A DNA stretch of 64,000 nt from Eledone cirrhosa (GCA_964016885.1 OZ024742.1:280426001-280490000), one strand, 5' to 3'; counted from the stretch's first letter, positions 1-14,481 are shown. Numbers and translations: made by a program. Notes: generated by a model from the letters alone, not told the origin.

Positions 1-188
1 TACGGTTGTGAAAGTGCATCCCGATGTTCAGAGTGCACGCATTATAGTTATTCAGAGAGTGGGAATCAGTGTCCTGGTAAAGTTACGTCACACATCATCT
101 AATATATATACATATATATAAGATGATGTGACGTCGGGACTTTGAAAAAAAAATAGGTATATTATATATATCATTTCCTCTTATTTTG

Positions 189-245
<57 letters not shown>

Positions 246-247
<2 letters not shown>

Positions 248-1395
248 TGCTTCCTCTTTCTCTGTATATTTACCCTCTCTAACAGTCACTCTCTCTGTTA
301 GCCCATTCCTCACCCTTCACTCACTCTCTGATACTACCTCTCCTCCTCCTCCTCCTCCCCCTCCTCCTTCTTCCCGTTTGACCTGTGCGTAATTCTTTTC
401 TTTCGCACCCTTGGTCAGGCAGGTTTCCCCTTTTTTCTCTCCCTCGTCTACGATTTCACAGAACTTATGTTCACTGAATTCACAGACTAGATTCCTTTTT
501 CCTCCCGTTAGACCTGTGCGGAATTCCTTCCTTGCTCACATTCCAACCAGGTTTGATGGTCTTTATTCTCTCTTGTTCACGATTTCACCCAACATATATT
601 CATGGAAATTTGGGACTTGACTCCTTCTTCCTCATTTTTCGTTGCTTCACCATCTTTGTTTGTTTACACTCTCGTGTCCCCTTTATTTACGTGTTCCAAC
701 GACTTATTTTAGCCGTTGCACGCACCAACCGGAGGTATATGGTCTTTAAAGCGATGAAATACCAATGATGGTTGGAAGATCACTGCTGAAGGACTAACTT
801 TATTCATATATAGCAGCCACGCAGCACGTTTATTCTCATATTTACACATATTTTTTCCCTCGCTGTGACCCGTCTATTTCGTTCTTACTGCTTCCTCTTT
901 CTCTGTATCTTTACCCTCTCTAACAGTCACTCTCTCTGTTAGTCTATTCCTCACCCTTCACTCACTCACTCTCTGTTACTACCTCTCCTCCTCCTCCTTC
1001 TTCCTGTTTGACCTGTGCGTAATTCTTTTCTTTCGCACCCTTGGTCAGGCAGGTTTCCTTTTTTTTCTCTCTCTCTCGTCTAGATTCCTTTTTCCTCCCG
1101 TTAGACCTGTACGGAATTCCTTCCTTGCTCACATTCCAACCAGGTTTGATGGTCTTTATTCTCTCTTGTTCACGATTTCACCGAACATATATTCATGGAA
1201 ATTTTGGACTTGACTCCTTCTTCCTCACTTTTCGTTGCTTCACCATCTTTGTTTGTTTACACTCTCGTGTCCCCTTTATTTACGTGTCCCAACGACTTTT
1301 TTTAGCCGTTGCACGCACCAACCGGAGGTATATGGTCTTTAAAGCGATGAAATACCAATGATGGTTGGAAGATCACTGATGAAGGACTAACTTTA

Positions 1396-1401
<6 letters not shown>
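246..1401 (+). repeat. Tandem direct repeat (246-812 and 887-1401), probable Penelope-type pseudo-LTR pair
   Basis: Two near-identical copies start ACTGCTTCCTCTTTCTCTGTAT and end GATCACTG(C/A)TGAAGGACTAACTTTATTCAT. Copy 2 lacks ~38 bp. Flanked by (TA)n. The duplication is seen directly; the pLTR identity is inferred. Confidence 0.6.
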
Positions 1402-1444
<43 letters not shown>

Positions 1445-1707
1445 GCGTGTGTGTATGTGTCTGTGTGCGTGCGTGTGAGTATGTGTGTTTCTGTATCGAA
1501 TTTGAAATGTGTGCAACATAAAGCAAATGAGAATTATAATAGGGTAACACCGTTTAGTTGCGATACATACGTAAACACGACAATTCACAGACGCGTGCAC
1601 GCACGACAAACACAAACACACAAATGCAAACACAGACACTTACATCCGTTTATATATAAATATATATATATATATAGTTTTGAGTATAAGTTGGTTGTTT
1701 ACCGACA

Positions 1708-1863
<156 letters not shown>

Positions 1864-1874
1864 TTATATATTTT

Positions 1875-1939
<65 letters not shown>

Positions 1940-2784
1940 ATTCACATGGCTTTCATCACTAATTTAATGCAATGCAAATCAGATGACAAAGCTTCAATAT
2001 TACAAGGAATCTATTTTATTACACTTCTAAATGTGACGTATCTTCAGATCTATTCATGCCACGCAGTTTCCTGTCAAAAGGCGCAACCAGTCAGTAATTA
2101 TGCTGGAAGTTCACGTGACTCTCTCACCCGTCACATCGTCAGATATGAGTGATTGCAAAAATAATGACTCAACTCTTTGATTATAATATTTTTTTTTTAT
2201 TTCGAGAAGAAAAACCAGCAGGAATGCAGTAATAATTTGTAGACTTAACTCTGTGCGTTCTTTCTTATGTACTAATGTCATATATAATTATTATGAATAT
2301 GTGTAAGAATGTATGTATGAATGTATATATGTATTTATGTATGTACGTATGTATGCATGTATGTATTTATGTATTTATGTATTTATGTGTGTATGTATTC
2401 ATGTATGTGCATGTGTGTGTATGTATATTGAGATAGATATGTAGTTATATTAATATATTTACAAAAATGTTAATATACATAAACATATATTTGAATAATT
2501 GTGTAAATATGTATTTGTATATATATATATATATATATACACGTATGTATAGAATTTGTATATATATATATATATATCAATGTAATTTCATATACGTAAA
2601 TATATGAATATATTCAAATACACATTTATCATTTATGGACTTGCATATTAGGTACATATCTTTATTACATATATCATTATATATATATAATAGTTGTAAG
2701 CCTATGAGTTATCAATCATTGCCTCTTTCTGAAGCATGTTATAAAACTATTAAAACACAAACAGAATACCAAGCAACGCCATGT

Positions 2785-2992
<208 letters not shown>

Positions 2993-3389
2993 ATATATGT
3001 GTGTGTGTGTATGTATATGTATGTATGTGTGCATGTGTGTGTTAAGGACAAACATAAAATTGTACATGGAAATAACAGCAATAACGACAACGTTATTTCA
3101 TTGTCAAATTCTATCATCTTCAAATAAGAATAACATCAATAATAGAAACATGTTTTATGTCGGTTAATAAAGAATTATTTCCTGTTGTTTTGCTAATCCA
3201 TATTACTTCGTCTAAACGAAAACCTACTCTTTTCTCTCGACGTTCTGTCTTCGACTCCTCGCTGGTAACTGTTAATCCAAATCTTAAATCTTAAAAGTCA
3301 CACATCTCTCCCAACTCTGATAGACAGCGAACTGACTGTTACTTTCAATGCATATCGGTATCTATCTATCTATCTATCAACTTATGTAT

Positions 3390-3446
<57 letters not shown>

Positions 3447-4496
3447 ATGGGGAAGGCACATGTATGTTATATATATATATATATATATATATGTTAGCTC
3501 TGTATATGAAATTAGAGTTGATCTTCTCCAGTCCATGAAAGCATGGGAAAGCAGGGATATGACAGTGATAATAATGATATGTAAATAAACTATTAATGAC
3601 ATTTTCAATACATTAAAATATTTATTAACTTCTATTAATTTCATAGAGAAGATAACTTTATTTTCCAATTTACATTTAGATTTGTGGAATATTTTTCAAT
3701 TATGAAGGATCAAATAGAGAATACATATGGTAGAGAGGACTCTTTCATCATATCAAGGACACAACACATTTTCTAGTGTTGGTGCCATGAAACAATGCAA
3801 CCAATGCATGCTCTAAACTAGTAGTGCTAGTGTTACAATAACATATAGCCAATACACTCTGTAAAATGGTAAGGCTTGGGCCTCAATAAAATATAACAAG
3901 TACACTCTTTAAAGTGATAGTGCTGATGCCATTATTAAATGCACCCAGTACATGCTATGAAGTCATCAGTGTGTGGAAGGACAGCCAGTTGTAGAAAACA
4001 TGTCAAAATTTGGAATTTACAAGCATGGCATTGCACTCTGACCTACTTAAAAGGGAGTAAGTCTTAATGAAGCAGATGCATTGCCTAAAATCTACTACTT
4101 CTAGAGTGTAGATGTTTGATCTGATTACTTGTTTCCTTTACATAATTACTTTTGTAAGTCTCTCATTATGAAATGCATTTTACAGATCACACCTTTGCAT
4201 ATTTAACTGGTCTCCTACTAGGTTGCATCTTAATGAAAGGGAACCCAGTCCTATCATGAAAAGCAATGCGAAATGAAATGTATTGCTCGAGAACACAATG
4301 TGTCACTTGATTCAGGAAATGACCTGACAATGTTATGTTTGTGCGTTGGACAACCTAAACACTAGACTATGTGCGTCTCATTATAACATATCATTATAAT
4401 CAAAACTATTTAACTTTATTTACTTTCATTCTTTTCTGTAAATTGCACTCTGTATGCTCTATGAGCTGGTTGACATATAATCGGTAACAACATAAG

Positions 4497-7465
4497 CTAT
4501 ATGGGAGCATGTCCCGATAAAGGGGGATGTAACAGCCTCAAACAGTTAATCGACCGATTTGACCTGGCCGATAGATATCGACTAGATTTTCCGACTGTGC
4601 CACTGTGGACGTGGACTAGTCGTAGCGGAACATCTAGATCGTACCTATATAGGGTTCTAGTTAGAAATAAGGATAGCGACATTTTAAGCTGTCCACAAAT
4701 GTTCATGGTTGCCTATTCAGATCACAAACTAGTGACCTGCATGGCCAACCTTGATAGAACCCATAGACAAGGCCCCGGCTACTGGAAGCTGAACTTGTCG
4801 TTACCGACAAGCAAAGCCTACAGAAGACGGATTAGCACTTTAGTTTAACAGCACTTGACAGGGACCATTGTCAACAACAGATGGTGGTACTCTCTCAAGA
4901 GGGCAGTTAGATTAGACTCGTTAGTTTTTAGTAAATAATTAGCGTTAGATAGAAATAGAACCGAGAATGAACTGGTAGATAAAGAAGAAGAGGCAATTAG
5001 AAGTGGCAACGTAGCCAGCGTGCGAGCAACGAGAACGGCCTTGGACCAGTTCTTCGACGCAAAGCACGAGGGATGCGTTGTCAGAAGCAAAATACGTGCT
5101 CTGGGAAACGAGGGAGCCAAAGCTGTTAGCTGGGCCCGTGTGACGGAGGCAAACAGTAGCAACAAGTCCACGATTCGGTCTTTGAAGGACCAGAACGGAC
5201 GCGTGATACGTGAGCCGAAGCAGATGTGTGCGGCCTTTCAACGGCACTTTGCTCAACTGTTCGGGAGGGGCGGCGCACCGGGAGGGACTATGGATTTCGG
5301 TCCATACCTCGACGGCCTACCGCGACTCTCGGACAGCGAGGCATAGTCCTGCGAAAAGCCGATTTCAGCCGCTGAGATAGGGGACGCGCTGAGCCAATGC
5401 GGGAAACGCAAATCTGCAGGTCTCGACGGTCTACCCTACGAATTTTACGTAGCAATGCCGGACTTATTCTCCGGGGTCCTGCAACTGGCAACAGAACGGG
5501 AGAATTCCCAATTCTGTAACCGGGTGCGTAGTCACACTAATCAGGAAGGAAGAGAATAAGGGGGATGACATAGGCAACTTCCGGCCCATAACACTGCTAA
5601 ACACAGAGTTACAGATTTTGGCCAAGGTGTTGGCAAAGAGGCTGGCGCTTGTCGTCGGCAACCTGGTGGGAGAAGCGCAGACATGCGCAATCCCGTCCAT
5701 GTCCATACACGACAACCTCCACCTCATGCGATACATCATAGAGAGGGTAGGGTGTAAACCCGGCTTCGGTGGTGCCCTGATCAAGTTGGATCAGTCAAGG
5801 CTTTCGATAGGGTTGACCATCGTTACCTGGATGCAGTGCTCGAGGCGGCAGGCTTCAGACCCGTGTTCAGGGGCTGGATTGCTGCAATGCACAACAGCAA
5901 CATCTGCTCAAGGGTCAAGGTGAACGGCTACCTCTCGGAGCCGTTCCATATTACGCGATCCATTCGACAGAGATGCCCTCTCTCCTCCCTTCTGTACGTA
6001 CTGACTCTCGAGCCACTACTGCGGAAGTTGGAGCTATTGCAGGGCATCCCTCTGGAATCGGGACTGCGGAAAGCGGCGTCTGTCTACGCCGACGACGTTA
6101 AAGTAATGGTGTCGAGCGCCTCGCAAATCGAGGAAGTTAGCATCTTACTGAAGGAATACGAAAGGTTCACAGGAGCGAAGCTGAACCGGTACAAGTCCAT
6201 CGGTTTGCAAGTCGGATCATGGAGAAGCAAACCGATGCCTTCCGATGGCGTCGTTGGACGCTGGACGGAAGGACCGGTAAAGCTGCTCGGGGTCTGGTTT
6301 GCTCCGGACCTCCAGGTGGAGAAGAACTGGAATGGAGTGACGGCCAAGGTTTTTGCACTCACCCAGAAGTGGGCAAACTATCCTTGAAAGGTCCAGCGGA
6401 GGTGGCGAACACTTTTATAGCGATCTACTACCATCTACTACCGCTTGACCATCGTGCCTTGTCCAGCCAAAACGCTCGCCAAAATGGAACGCGCGCTCTT
6501 CCAATTCCTTTGGAAGAGACGGGCTCCTTTGGTGAGAAGATCCATCTGCTGCCAACACCCTTCTAAAGGAGGGCTGGGGATGCCGTGGTTGACGATGCGC
6601 ACACACGCGCTCAGGCTACGGCATCTCTACGTATTCCTCACCGGATAAACGGTGTGGGCCCCGTTCGTGAGGCGAGCCTTCCCACGACTCATCTCGCTGA
6701 CCGAGCTGCAGTCCTGGGTCAAGCAAAGACCTAGGAAAATGGGCGACTGGCACATCGAATGTGCTCAGGTGCTCACAGCCCTCTGGCAGGCGGCACGCGG
6801 CGATCACTGGAGACTCCACTTCATCATTCTATAAAGGGTTGATCCGCAGCGAGTGCGACGACGCGCTCGGTGAAACTCTTCGCGTAGAGGAAGATGAACT
6901 GGCCAGTCTGTTCGGTAGGACCTTCCGCCCGGGACCGATGGACAACTTCCAAAAGTGCCTGGCCTGGCAGTGCTACCGAGGAGCTCTACCAGTTCGAGAC
7001 AAGCTCTACAGACATGGGTGCCCGGGCAGGGACCCTGCAAAAAGTATCTATCCGAGGTGCGTGTGTAACGAAGAAACCGTCGCGCACGCATTCATACACT
7101 GCCCGGACGTCACTGACCTGTGGGGCTATGTAGAACGACTATTGTCGCGGGTGGGACCAATCCGGTTGACCACTGAGTCCATTGTCATGATCAAACCGCC
7201 ACCCTCCTTCAAAAACGAAGAAGAGGCGGTTTTCCTTTGTGTGATAGCTATGGCGAAAGAGGTTGTATGGTGGACAAGGTTGAAAGGGCTGAGGTCAGAC
7301 ACCTTTCTCTCCGGCCAACAACTGGTTCTTTTTTTCAAATGCCACTTTAGAAGAAGAATCAGGATGGAGAGAGAGGTGCTGCACCCCAGCAAATTTTATG
7401 AAAGGTGGGTGAAAGTGGCGAGAATGGCCCGAGTGAATGGGCCTTCTCTCTATATCAGCCTGTAG
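4497..7465 (+). pseudogene. Disrupted ORF2 (APE endonuclease-reverse transcriptase) of copy A
   Basis: Consecutive fragments 4501-4848, 5020-5346, 5618-5923, 5836-6387, 6445-6648 and 6761-7465, joined by stops and frameshifts. Confidence 0.93.
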
Positions 7466-7702
7466 GTTGAGGAAAAGGAGGAGGAGAGGAAAGGAGTACA
7501 AACTCTTCGTACTCCTGGAGTTGAGGGTTGCACATTTTTGGGGGGTATGTATTACCTATATGAACTGTCTCCCACTATTGGGGAAAAACGACTAACTTTT
7601 GAAATTGCATTTGTGATAACATTTTACACGTTTTTATTGCACGTAAACTTCCTCCTTTGTATTTGTCCCCTTCTTTTGTGCCTCTGTGGCTAATAAAGAA
7701 AC
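4497..7702 (+). mobile_element. Tx1/L1-clade LINE copy A, 5'-truncated
   Basis: End of APE domain (WTW...SRSYL.R, YSDHKLV, GPGYWKLN), RT motifs (FRPITLLN, SIRQRCPLS, YADDV), C-terminal zinc-finger-like PRC..EETVAHAFIHC, 3' AATAAA, then (TATC)n. Confidence 0.95.
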
Positions 7703-7703
7703 A

Positions 7704-7783
<80 letters not shown>

Positions 7784-7800
7784 AACTTATCTATCTATCT
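7703..7800. repeat. (TATC)n microsatellite with AACTTAT interruption, between Tx1 copies A and B
   Basis: Read directly. TATCTATCAACTTATCTATC recurs at 13432-13451. Confidence 0.95.
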
Positions 7801-8013
7801 CGGATGGACACACGCGTAAAACTTGCTTAGTAAGTTCTGCCTAAATTTCCATAGAAATTCCAAACTGTAAACTTTCATTTTTGTACCATTTTGTAGAGGG
7901 ACTGCCAGGTCAAATTTTGATCTGGTCAGTCTCTCAAATTATTCTACGGCTTTGGGCGAAATTGTGTTGAAAAAAAAAATTTATATTTCGAAAAATGTCC
8001 TATTTTGATAAAA

Positions 8014-9760
8014 ATGGCTGAAGCATCTTCACCAACATTCAAAGAAAGAAAGGGAAGCTAAACTCACAGCCTCCCCCTTCCACTGTCACAGCAACAGATG
8101 ACCGACCTGCTGACCGATAACTTGATGTAGCCACAACTACACAAGAAACCGAAAACAACAACAACAACAAAAACGACAACAACAGCAACACTAAAGACAA
8201 CAAAAACAAAAACACCAACAACAATGATAACAGAAAAACCACCAACTACAACAGCAACACAAACAAGGAAAAGGTCTCCTTCGCCCAGACGGCAAGGAAA
8301 ACTCTCGACTATCTGCCAGTAAATATAAGCAAAGCGAAGGAGCTACTGGCAGATGCCAAAAAATACAAAGTGTACGGTGAAAATGGATCATTTTCGATCC
8401 ACTCCGACCCCGGAACTAAAAAGTCAGAGACTCCTAAACACAGTGATGTATAGGACAGTGTAAAATAAAACGAAAAGACCAGCTCAACCATCAGAGTGAG
8501 ATAGAGCTGGTCTTAAAAGATGTAATGAAAGACATTCTGTTCATACAAAAGGATAGACTCTATGGGAGTCTATCCATTCTCATTACATCCACCGCATACA
8601 CCTTCTACCCTATGTACATGGGTAGAAGGACGCAGAAAATAAAAATACACACCATTCTTCCAATTATGGCCATATGGTGGGTGTTAACAGGTTTTCTTGA
8701 CCTGAACGATGACATATTAATATCCATGGGAAAGGCATCGGGTGACGCGTTCAGTGGAACGGGTCTCGAACTTTTAGTTCAAATGAGGCCCAAAAGGATC
8801 GCCTAGATCCCTGGATGACCAAATTGTTATCAGCATTACCGTTGAGGGTAGGCGGCCCTCATGTTAGTTCAAATGAGGCCCGAAAGGATCGCCCAGATCC
8901 CTGGATGACCAAATTTGTATCAACATTACCGTTGAGGGTAGGCGGCCCTCATGTTACCTCCGTGGGGCCAGAGGTCACCTGAGGGCTGTCTGTCCTCAAC
9001 TTAAAAAGAAAACCCCAATCCTGCCTACACCACCAACAACTGCACAACCAATACAATCACCACAACCACCACAACAAAAACAACAACCACAGCTCAAACC
9101 AAAACAAAACACTGTCCAACCCATATCCCCACTAAAAAAAAACAATTTCCGAAACACCCGCACCGCAAACGCAACCCGTAAATCAACTCCCTCCCATCCA
9201 ACGCGGAAGAAGACCCTCGGTCGTCGTCAGACGAGGAGGAGCACTTCCACACAAACAAAAGAAATAAAAGAAAACACACATCAGACACACAAAAGAAAAC
9301 AACTCCTCCCCAAAACATAACACAGACACCAACACAAAAGAGCACACAACAACAGCAAACAAAAAACACCACAGAAAACAAAAACATGCATACACATACA
9401 TAAACACAAGAAATAAAAAAACTGCTAAACATTATATACAACAACAATTTAGAAAAAACTCAAGAGCCTAACTTCACCCATGCAGGGGATTTCCCACACC
9501 TCAAAATGATTAAGGCCCCACATATAGAACACTAAAAACAATTTTAAAGGGGATGTGAAACCCCCCTGCGTCGGGCCCATTAACCACGTCCCCCTAAAAC
9601 ATTTCCCCACCCCCTCCCCAAGCACCCACACAACTCCAAACACCCCAACCACACAACACACTGATGCCCCTACACTTCCACAAACCACCACCCCACCCAA
9701 CAACATCCCCCACCCTCATGGAAATTGTACAGCCCGTTACCCGGGAAGCAGAGGGGTAAG
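8014..9760 (+). pseudogene. Disrupted ORF1 (gag-like, zinc knuckle) of copy B
   Basis: ATG at 8014 and low-complexity T/N/K tracts. The conserved block YPMYMGRRTQKIKI...WWVL...SGTGLELLVQM matches ORF1 of copies C and D. Degenerate knuckle CYLRGARGHLRAVC at ~8952-8993. Confidence 0.8.
8774..8953 (+). repeat. 90-bp tandem duplication inside ORF1 of copy B
   Basis: TTAGTTCAAATGAGGCCC...GGCGGCCCTCATG occurs at 8774 and 8864. Confidence 0.9.
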
Positions 9761-9783
9761 TGCCTTTTCTCTTCACCACCAAC

Positions 9784-12700
9784 ATGGATATGCTAAGAGT
9801 ATACTGTCTAAATGTGCGTGGCCTGGGCTCAACTTGGAAGCAAGCAATGCTTCTAAATGACCTCAGGTCACAACGTATAGATGTGATGGTTTTTTGCGAG
9901 GCCCGGATCAGCAACGTGCGACAGCTGGCCCCCACCTTTGATGACTTTGAGATGCACACATCCCTCTGTCAGCCCGCGGGTGGGGATGGGGTTGTCGTTC
10001 TGCTACAAAAACGTCTGGGCCTCGCAACACAGACGGTACATTTGGATTCGGAGGGTCGACTCGTGGTTCTGGACCTTGGCAGTGGTGAAGGCAAATCGTT
10101 TAGCCTGGTAGCCGTCTACGGCCCTTTCGGGTCAACGCGGCCGGACTTCTTCCATCGTCTGGAGACTTTTCTAGGGACGTCTCGCTCCTTGCTCTTAGTG
10201 GGGGACTGGAATGGTATCGTAGATGCAAGTTGGGACTACGAAGGGGCCTGTCCCGACAGAGAGGGGTGTAACAGCTTCAAAGGTTTATCAATCGATTTGA
10301 GCTGGCCGATAGATATCGACCAGATTTTCCGACTGCGCCAACCCGGACTTGGGCAAACCGCAGCGGATCATGTAGGTCGTACCTAGATAGGTTCTTAGTT
10401 AGAAATAAGGATAAGGACTTTTTAAGTTGTCCAAAAATGCTCATGTTTGGCTATTCAGACGCACAAATTAGTTACCTGCATGGTCAACCTTCACAGAACG
10501 CACAGGCAGGGACCCGGTTACTGGAAGCTCAACTTGTCCTTACCGGCAAGTAAGGCTTACAGGGCCCGGATTAGCACTTTAGTTGAGGAGCGGTTGACGG
10601 GCGCCATCGTCAACAGCAGGTGGTGTGGATATCTCAAAAGAGAGATTAGAGTAGTCTCTATAGAATTTAGTAAGGAGTTAGCCTCAAATAGAAATACGAA
10701 GGAAAGGGATTTGGTAGATAGTGTAGAAGAGGCAATTAGAAGCGGCGACGTGGCCAGAGTGCTAGCGTCGAAAAGGGCCCTGGGCCAGTTCTTCGACGCG
10801 AAACACGAAGGCTGCATCGTCCGAAGCAAAATACGTGCTCTGGGAAACGAGGGGACCAAAGCTGTTAGCTGGGGCCGCGTGACAGAAGCCAAAAGAGGGA
10901 GTAGATCCACTATCCGGTGTTTGCGAGACCAGGATGGACGGGTGATCCTTGAACCTAAGCAGATGTGTGAGGCTTTTCAAAAGCACTTTGGCAGATTGTT
11001 CGGAAGGGGCGGGGAGCCGGTTGGGGAAGTGGACTTAGGTCCATACCTCGACGGCCTGCCGCGTCAATCGGACAGGGAGGCGAAGTCCTGCGAGGAGCCG
11101 ATTTCAGCCGCTGAGATAGATGACGTGCTGAGTCAATGCGGCAAACGCAAATCCCCTGGTCTCGATGGTCTTCCATACGAACTATATCTAGCTATGACGG
11201 ACTTGTTCCCCATTCTCGTCGAGGCGATCTACTGCAACTGGCAACAGAACGGGAGAATTCCCTGTGCTGTGACCAAAGGCTAGTGAAGAAGGACGAGAAC
11301 AAGGGGACGATATAAATCATTTCCGGCCCATATCTCTGCTAAATACAGAGTTACAGATTTTGGCCAAGGTGCTAGCAAAGAGGTTGGCGCTTGTCGTGGG
11401 CAACCTGGTAGTAGATGCGCAGACATGTGCTATCCCGTCCAGGTCCATCCACCGCAACCTCCACCTCATGCGATACATCATAGAGAGGGTTGGGAAAGAA
11501 ACCGGCTTTGGTGGGGCCCTGATCAACTTAGATCAATCTAAGGCGTTCGATAGGGTCCACCATGGTTACCTGGATGCGGTGCTAGCGGCGGCAAACTTCG
11601 GACCCGTTTTCAGGGGCTGGATCAATTCCATGCACGGCAGCCGCGTGTGCTGTAGGATCAAGGTGAACGGCTACCTCCTGGAGCTGTTCGAACTCGCGCG
11701 GTCCATTCGACAAGGGTGCCCTCTCCTCCCTTCTGTATGTAGTGACTCTAGAGCCACTGCTGCGGAAGTTGGAGTGTTGCAGGGCATCCCGTTGGAACCG
11801 GGATTGCGGAAAGCGGTGTCGGCCTACGCCGATGACGTAACAGTAATGGTGTCGACGGCCTCGGATATAGGGACGATCGGCACCTTACTGGAGGAGTACG
11901 AAAGGTTTACAGGGGCTAAGATTAACCGGGACAAGTTCATCGGTCTGCAACTCGGCACGTGGAGGGGCAAATCGATTCCCTCCGATGGCGTCGTCGGGCG
12001 CTGGACGGAGGGCCCGGTGAAGTTGCTCGGGGTCTTGTTCGGCTAGACCTCCAGGTGGAGAAAAACTGGGGTGAGGTAACGAACAGGGTGTTTGCACTGA
12101 CCCAGAAGTGGGCCGAGTGCAAACTTTCCCTGAAATGTCGGGCGGAGGTGGCGGACACTTAATATAGCGTCCGTTGTCTACTAACGCCTGACCGTCGTGC
12201 CTTGCCCAAGGGAAACGCTCGCCAAAATGGAGCGCGCACTCTTCCAATTCCTTTGGAAGAAGGGGGCTCCTATGGTGAGGAGATCCATCTGCTGTCAACA
12301 CTCTTTGAAAGGAGGGCTGGGGTTACCGTGGCTGATGATGCCGGTCAACCGGTGTGGGCCCCGTTTGGGAGGCGAGTCTTTCCTAGACTCGTCTCGCTCA
12401 CCGAGCTGCAATCCTGAGTCAAGCAAAGACCTAGAAAACTAGGCGCCTGGCATACCGACTGTGCCCAGGTGCTCACGGCTCTCTGGCAGGCGGACCCGGC
12501 TGTCAGTGGAGAATCCACCTCGTCATTCTATAGAGGGCTGGTAGTTAGCAGATGCGATGACGCCCTCGGAGAAGCCCTAGGCATGGAGAAATACGAACTG
12601 GCCAACCTGTTCGTTAGGACATTCAGCCCGGGACATACGGATAACTTCCAGAGGTCCCTGGCCTGGCAGTGCTACCGAGGGGCTCTGCCCGTTCGAGAAA

Positions 12701-13164
12701 GGCTCTACAGATACGGGCGCCCGGATAGGGACCCCTCGAAAAAGATCTGTCCCAGATGCGTGTGCGACGAGGAAACCGTTGCACACGCATTGGTACACTG
12801 CTCGGGCATTGCCGATCTGTGGGGCTATGTCGAACGACTGCTGTCACGGGTGGGACCGATCCGGTTGGCCACCGAGTTTATTGTAACGATCAAGCCTCCT
12901 CCTCTCTTCTAAAACGAAGGAGAGGCGGCGTGTCTGTGTGTAATAGCCATGGCGAAAGAGGTTGTATGGTGGACGCGTCTGAAAGGATTGAGGTCAGACA
13001 CCTTTCTCTCTGGCCAACAACTGGCCCGTTTCTTCCGATATCATTTCGGAAGAAGGATCAGGATGGAGAGAGAGGTACTGCACCACAGCCGTTTCTATGA
13101 AAGATGGGTAAAAGTGGCGAGAATGGCTCGTGTGAATGGGACTTCACTCTACATCAGACTGTAG
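9784..13164 (+). pseudogene. Disrupted ORF2 (APE-RT-zinc finger) of copy B
   Basis: LNVRGL, CEAR, VYGP, GDWN, SPGLDGLPYE, LDQSKAFDRV, RQGCPL, YADDV, CPRCVCDEETVAHALVHC; several stops and frameshifts. Confidence 0.95.
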
Positions 13165-13539
13165 GTGAGAAAGATGAAAGATCAAGGGAGCACCCTCTCT
13201 CTGTGCTCAAGTGGAGAAGGTTTTCACACTTTTTTCGGGGGTGTGTGCGACCCCCAAGGCGCCTCCTCCCTATTGAGGATTTTGTTATTCAATTTATTTT
13301 TGTTGTATTTTATATTTTATATTTTATATTTTGTTATTGCCTCCTCCTTAGTGAGGACGCCTTTTTATGTAAACTCCCCTCATTGTACTTGTGCCGCTCT
13401 TTGATGCCCTGGTGACAAATAAAAAGAAAGTTATCTATCAACTTATCTATCCCACTCTCTCAATCAATTATTTCTTAGATTATTTATTTCTCTCTATATA
13501 TATCATCTTCATTGTGTTATAATCCATGGTGACCTCACG

Positions 13540-13600
<61 letters not shown>

Positions 13601-14000
13601 TATATATATACCTATCTCCTGCCTGTAAGACACTTTCAGGCATTTTTTCTTTGAAAAAATATATGCAAACAAAGAACGAATATAAAATATTGAATGCAAA
13701 ATATTTAAGGAAAAGAAAAGAGAGATAGAAAAATATACTCTCCTTTTCACTACAAGAAACCTTATATGACTTTTGAACTCTTTAGAGACACACGTTCTGT
13801 CTCTGTCCGTCTCAAACTGTCTCACACATGCACTCACACATACATACACACATATCTAAATCTCTATCTCTATGTATCTATAAATATACATATACATATA
13901 TACATATATATTTATATATATATATATATTTATTATATATATATATTTACCTATATATATATATATATTTATTTATATATATATATATATATATAGGTAA

Positions 14001-14065
<65 letters not shown>

Positions 14066-14481
14066 TATATACATGTGACTATATCTATATAGCTGTGCCC
14101 AGTGCACGTATTATTCCCCATCTGTCTTTTGCAATCCGTCTCTAACAAGAAATTATTCACGAAACTTCACGTCTCTGAATTAGTCAAGCTGTGTATAATT
14201 TCGCATATAGTTATGTCTGCTTGTATGTATGTATGTTTATATGTATTTTGTATATGAGACATCTCGACATTCTACTGACAAAGATCCGAGACGAACCCAG
14301 AGCACGGAAGCGAAGCACAAATAAAAGCAGCAGCAACAAACTGCCGTGTGCATCAATGGCCAAACAGGGAAGGTTGGCTATAGAAAGTGTAGCATCGGTG
14401 GCGGCGCCCTAGCATGGCTTCACCCCTTCGGATGGAACACACGATAGAACTCGAGAATAATAGAATATATATATATATATA

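Larger units (their letters stand above)
7801..13430 (+). mobile_element. Tx1/L1-clade LINE copy B, apparently full length, degenerate
   Basis: 5'UTR, ORF1 remnant with zinc knuckle, ORF2 APE-RT-zinc finger, 3'UTR with AATAAA. Target duplication TATCTATCAACTTATCTATC on both sides. Confidence 0.95.

Noticed and set aside
7703-7800. Short repeats separating long unique segments (CRISPR-like or prokaryotic retron/RT system)
   Set aside because: The repeats are simple microsatellites, the RTs are eukaryotic non-LTR types, and no cas or operon structure is present.
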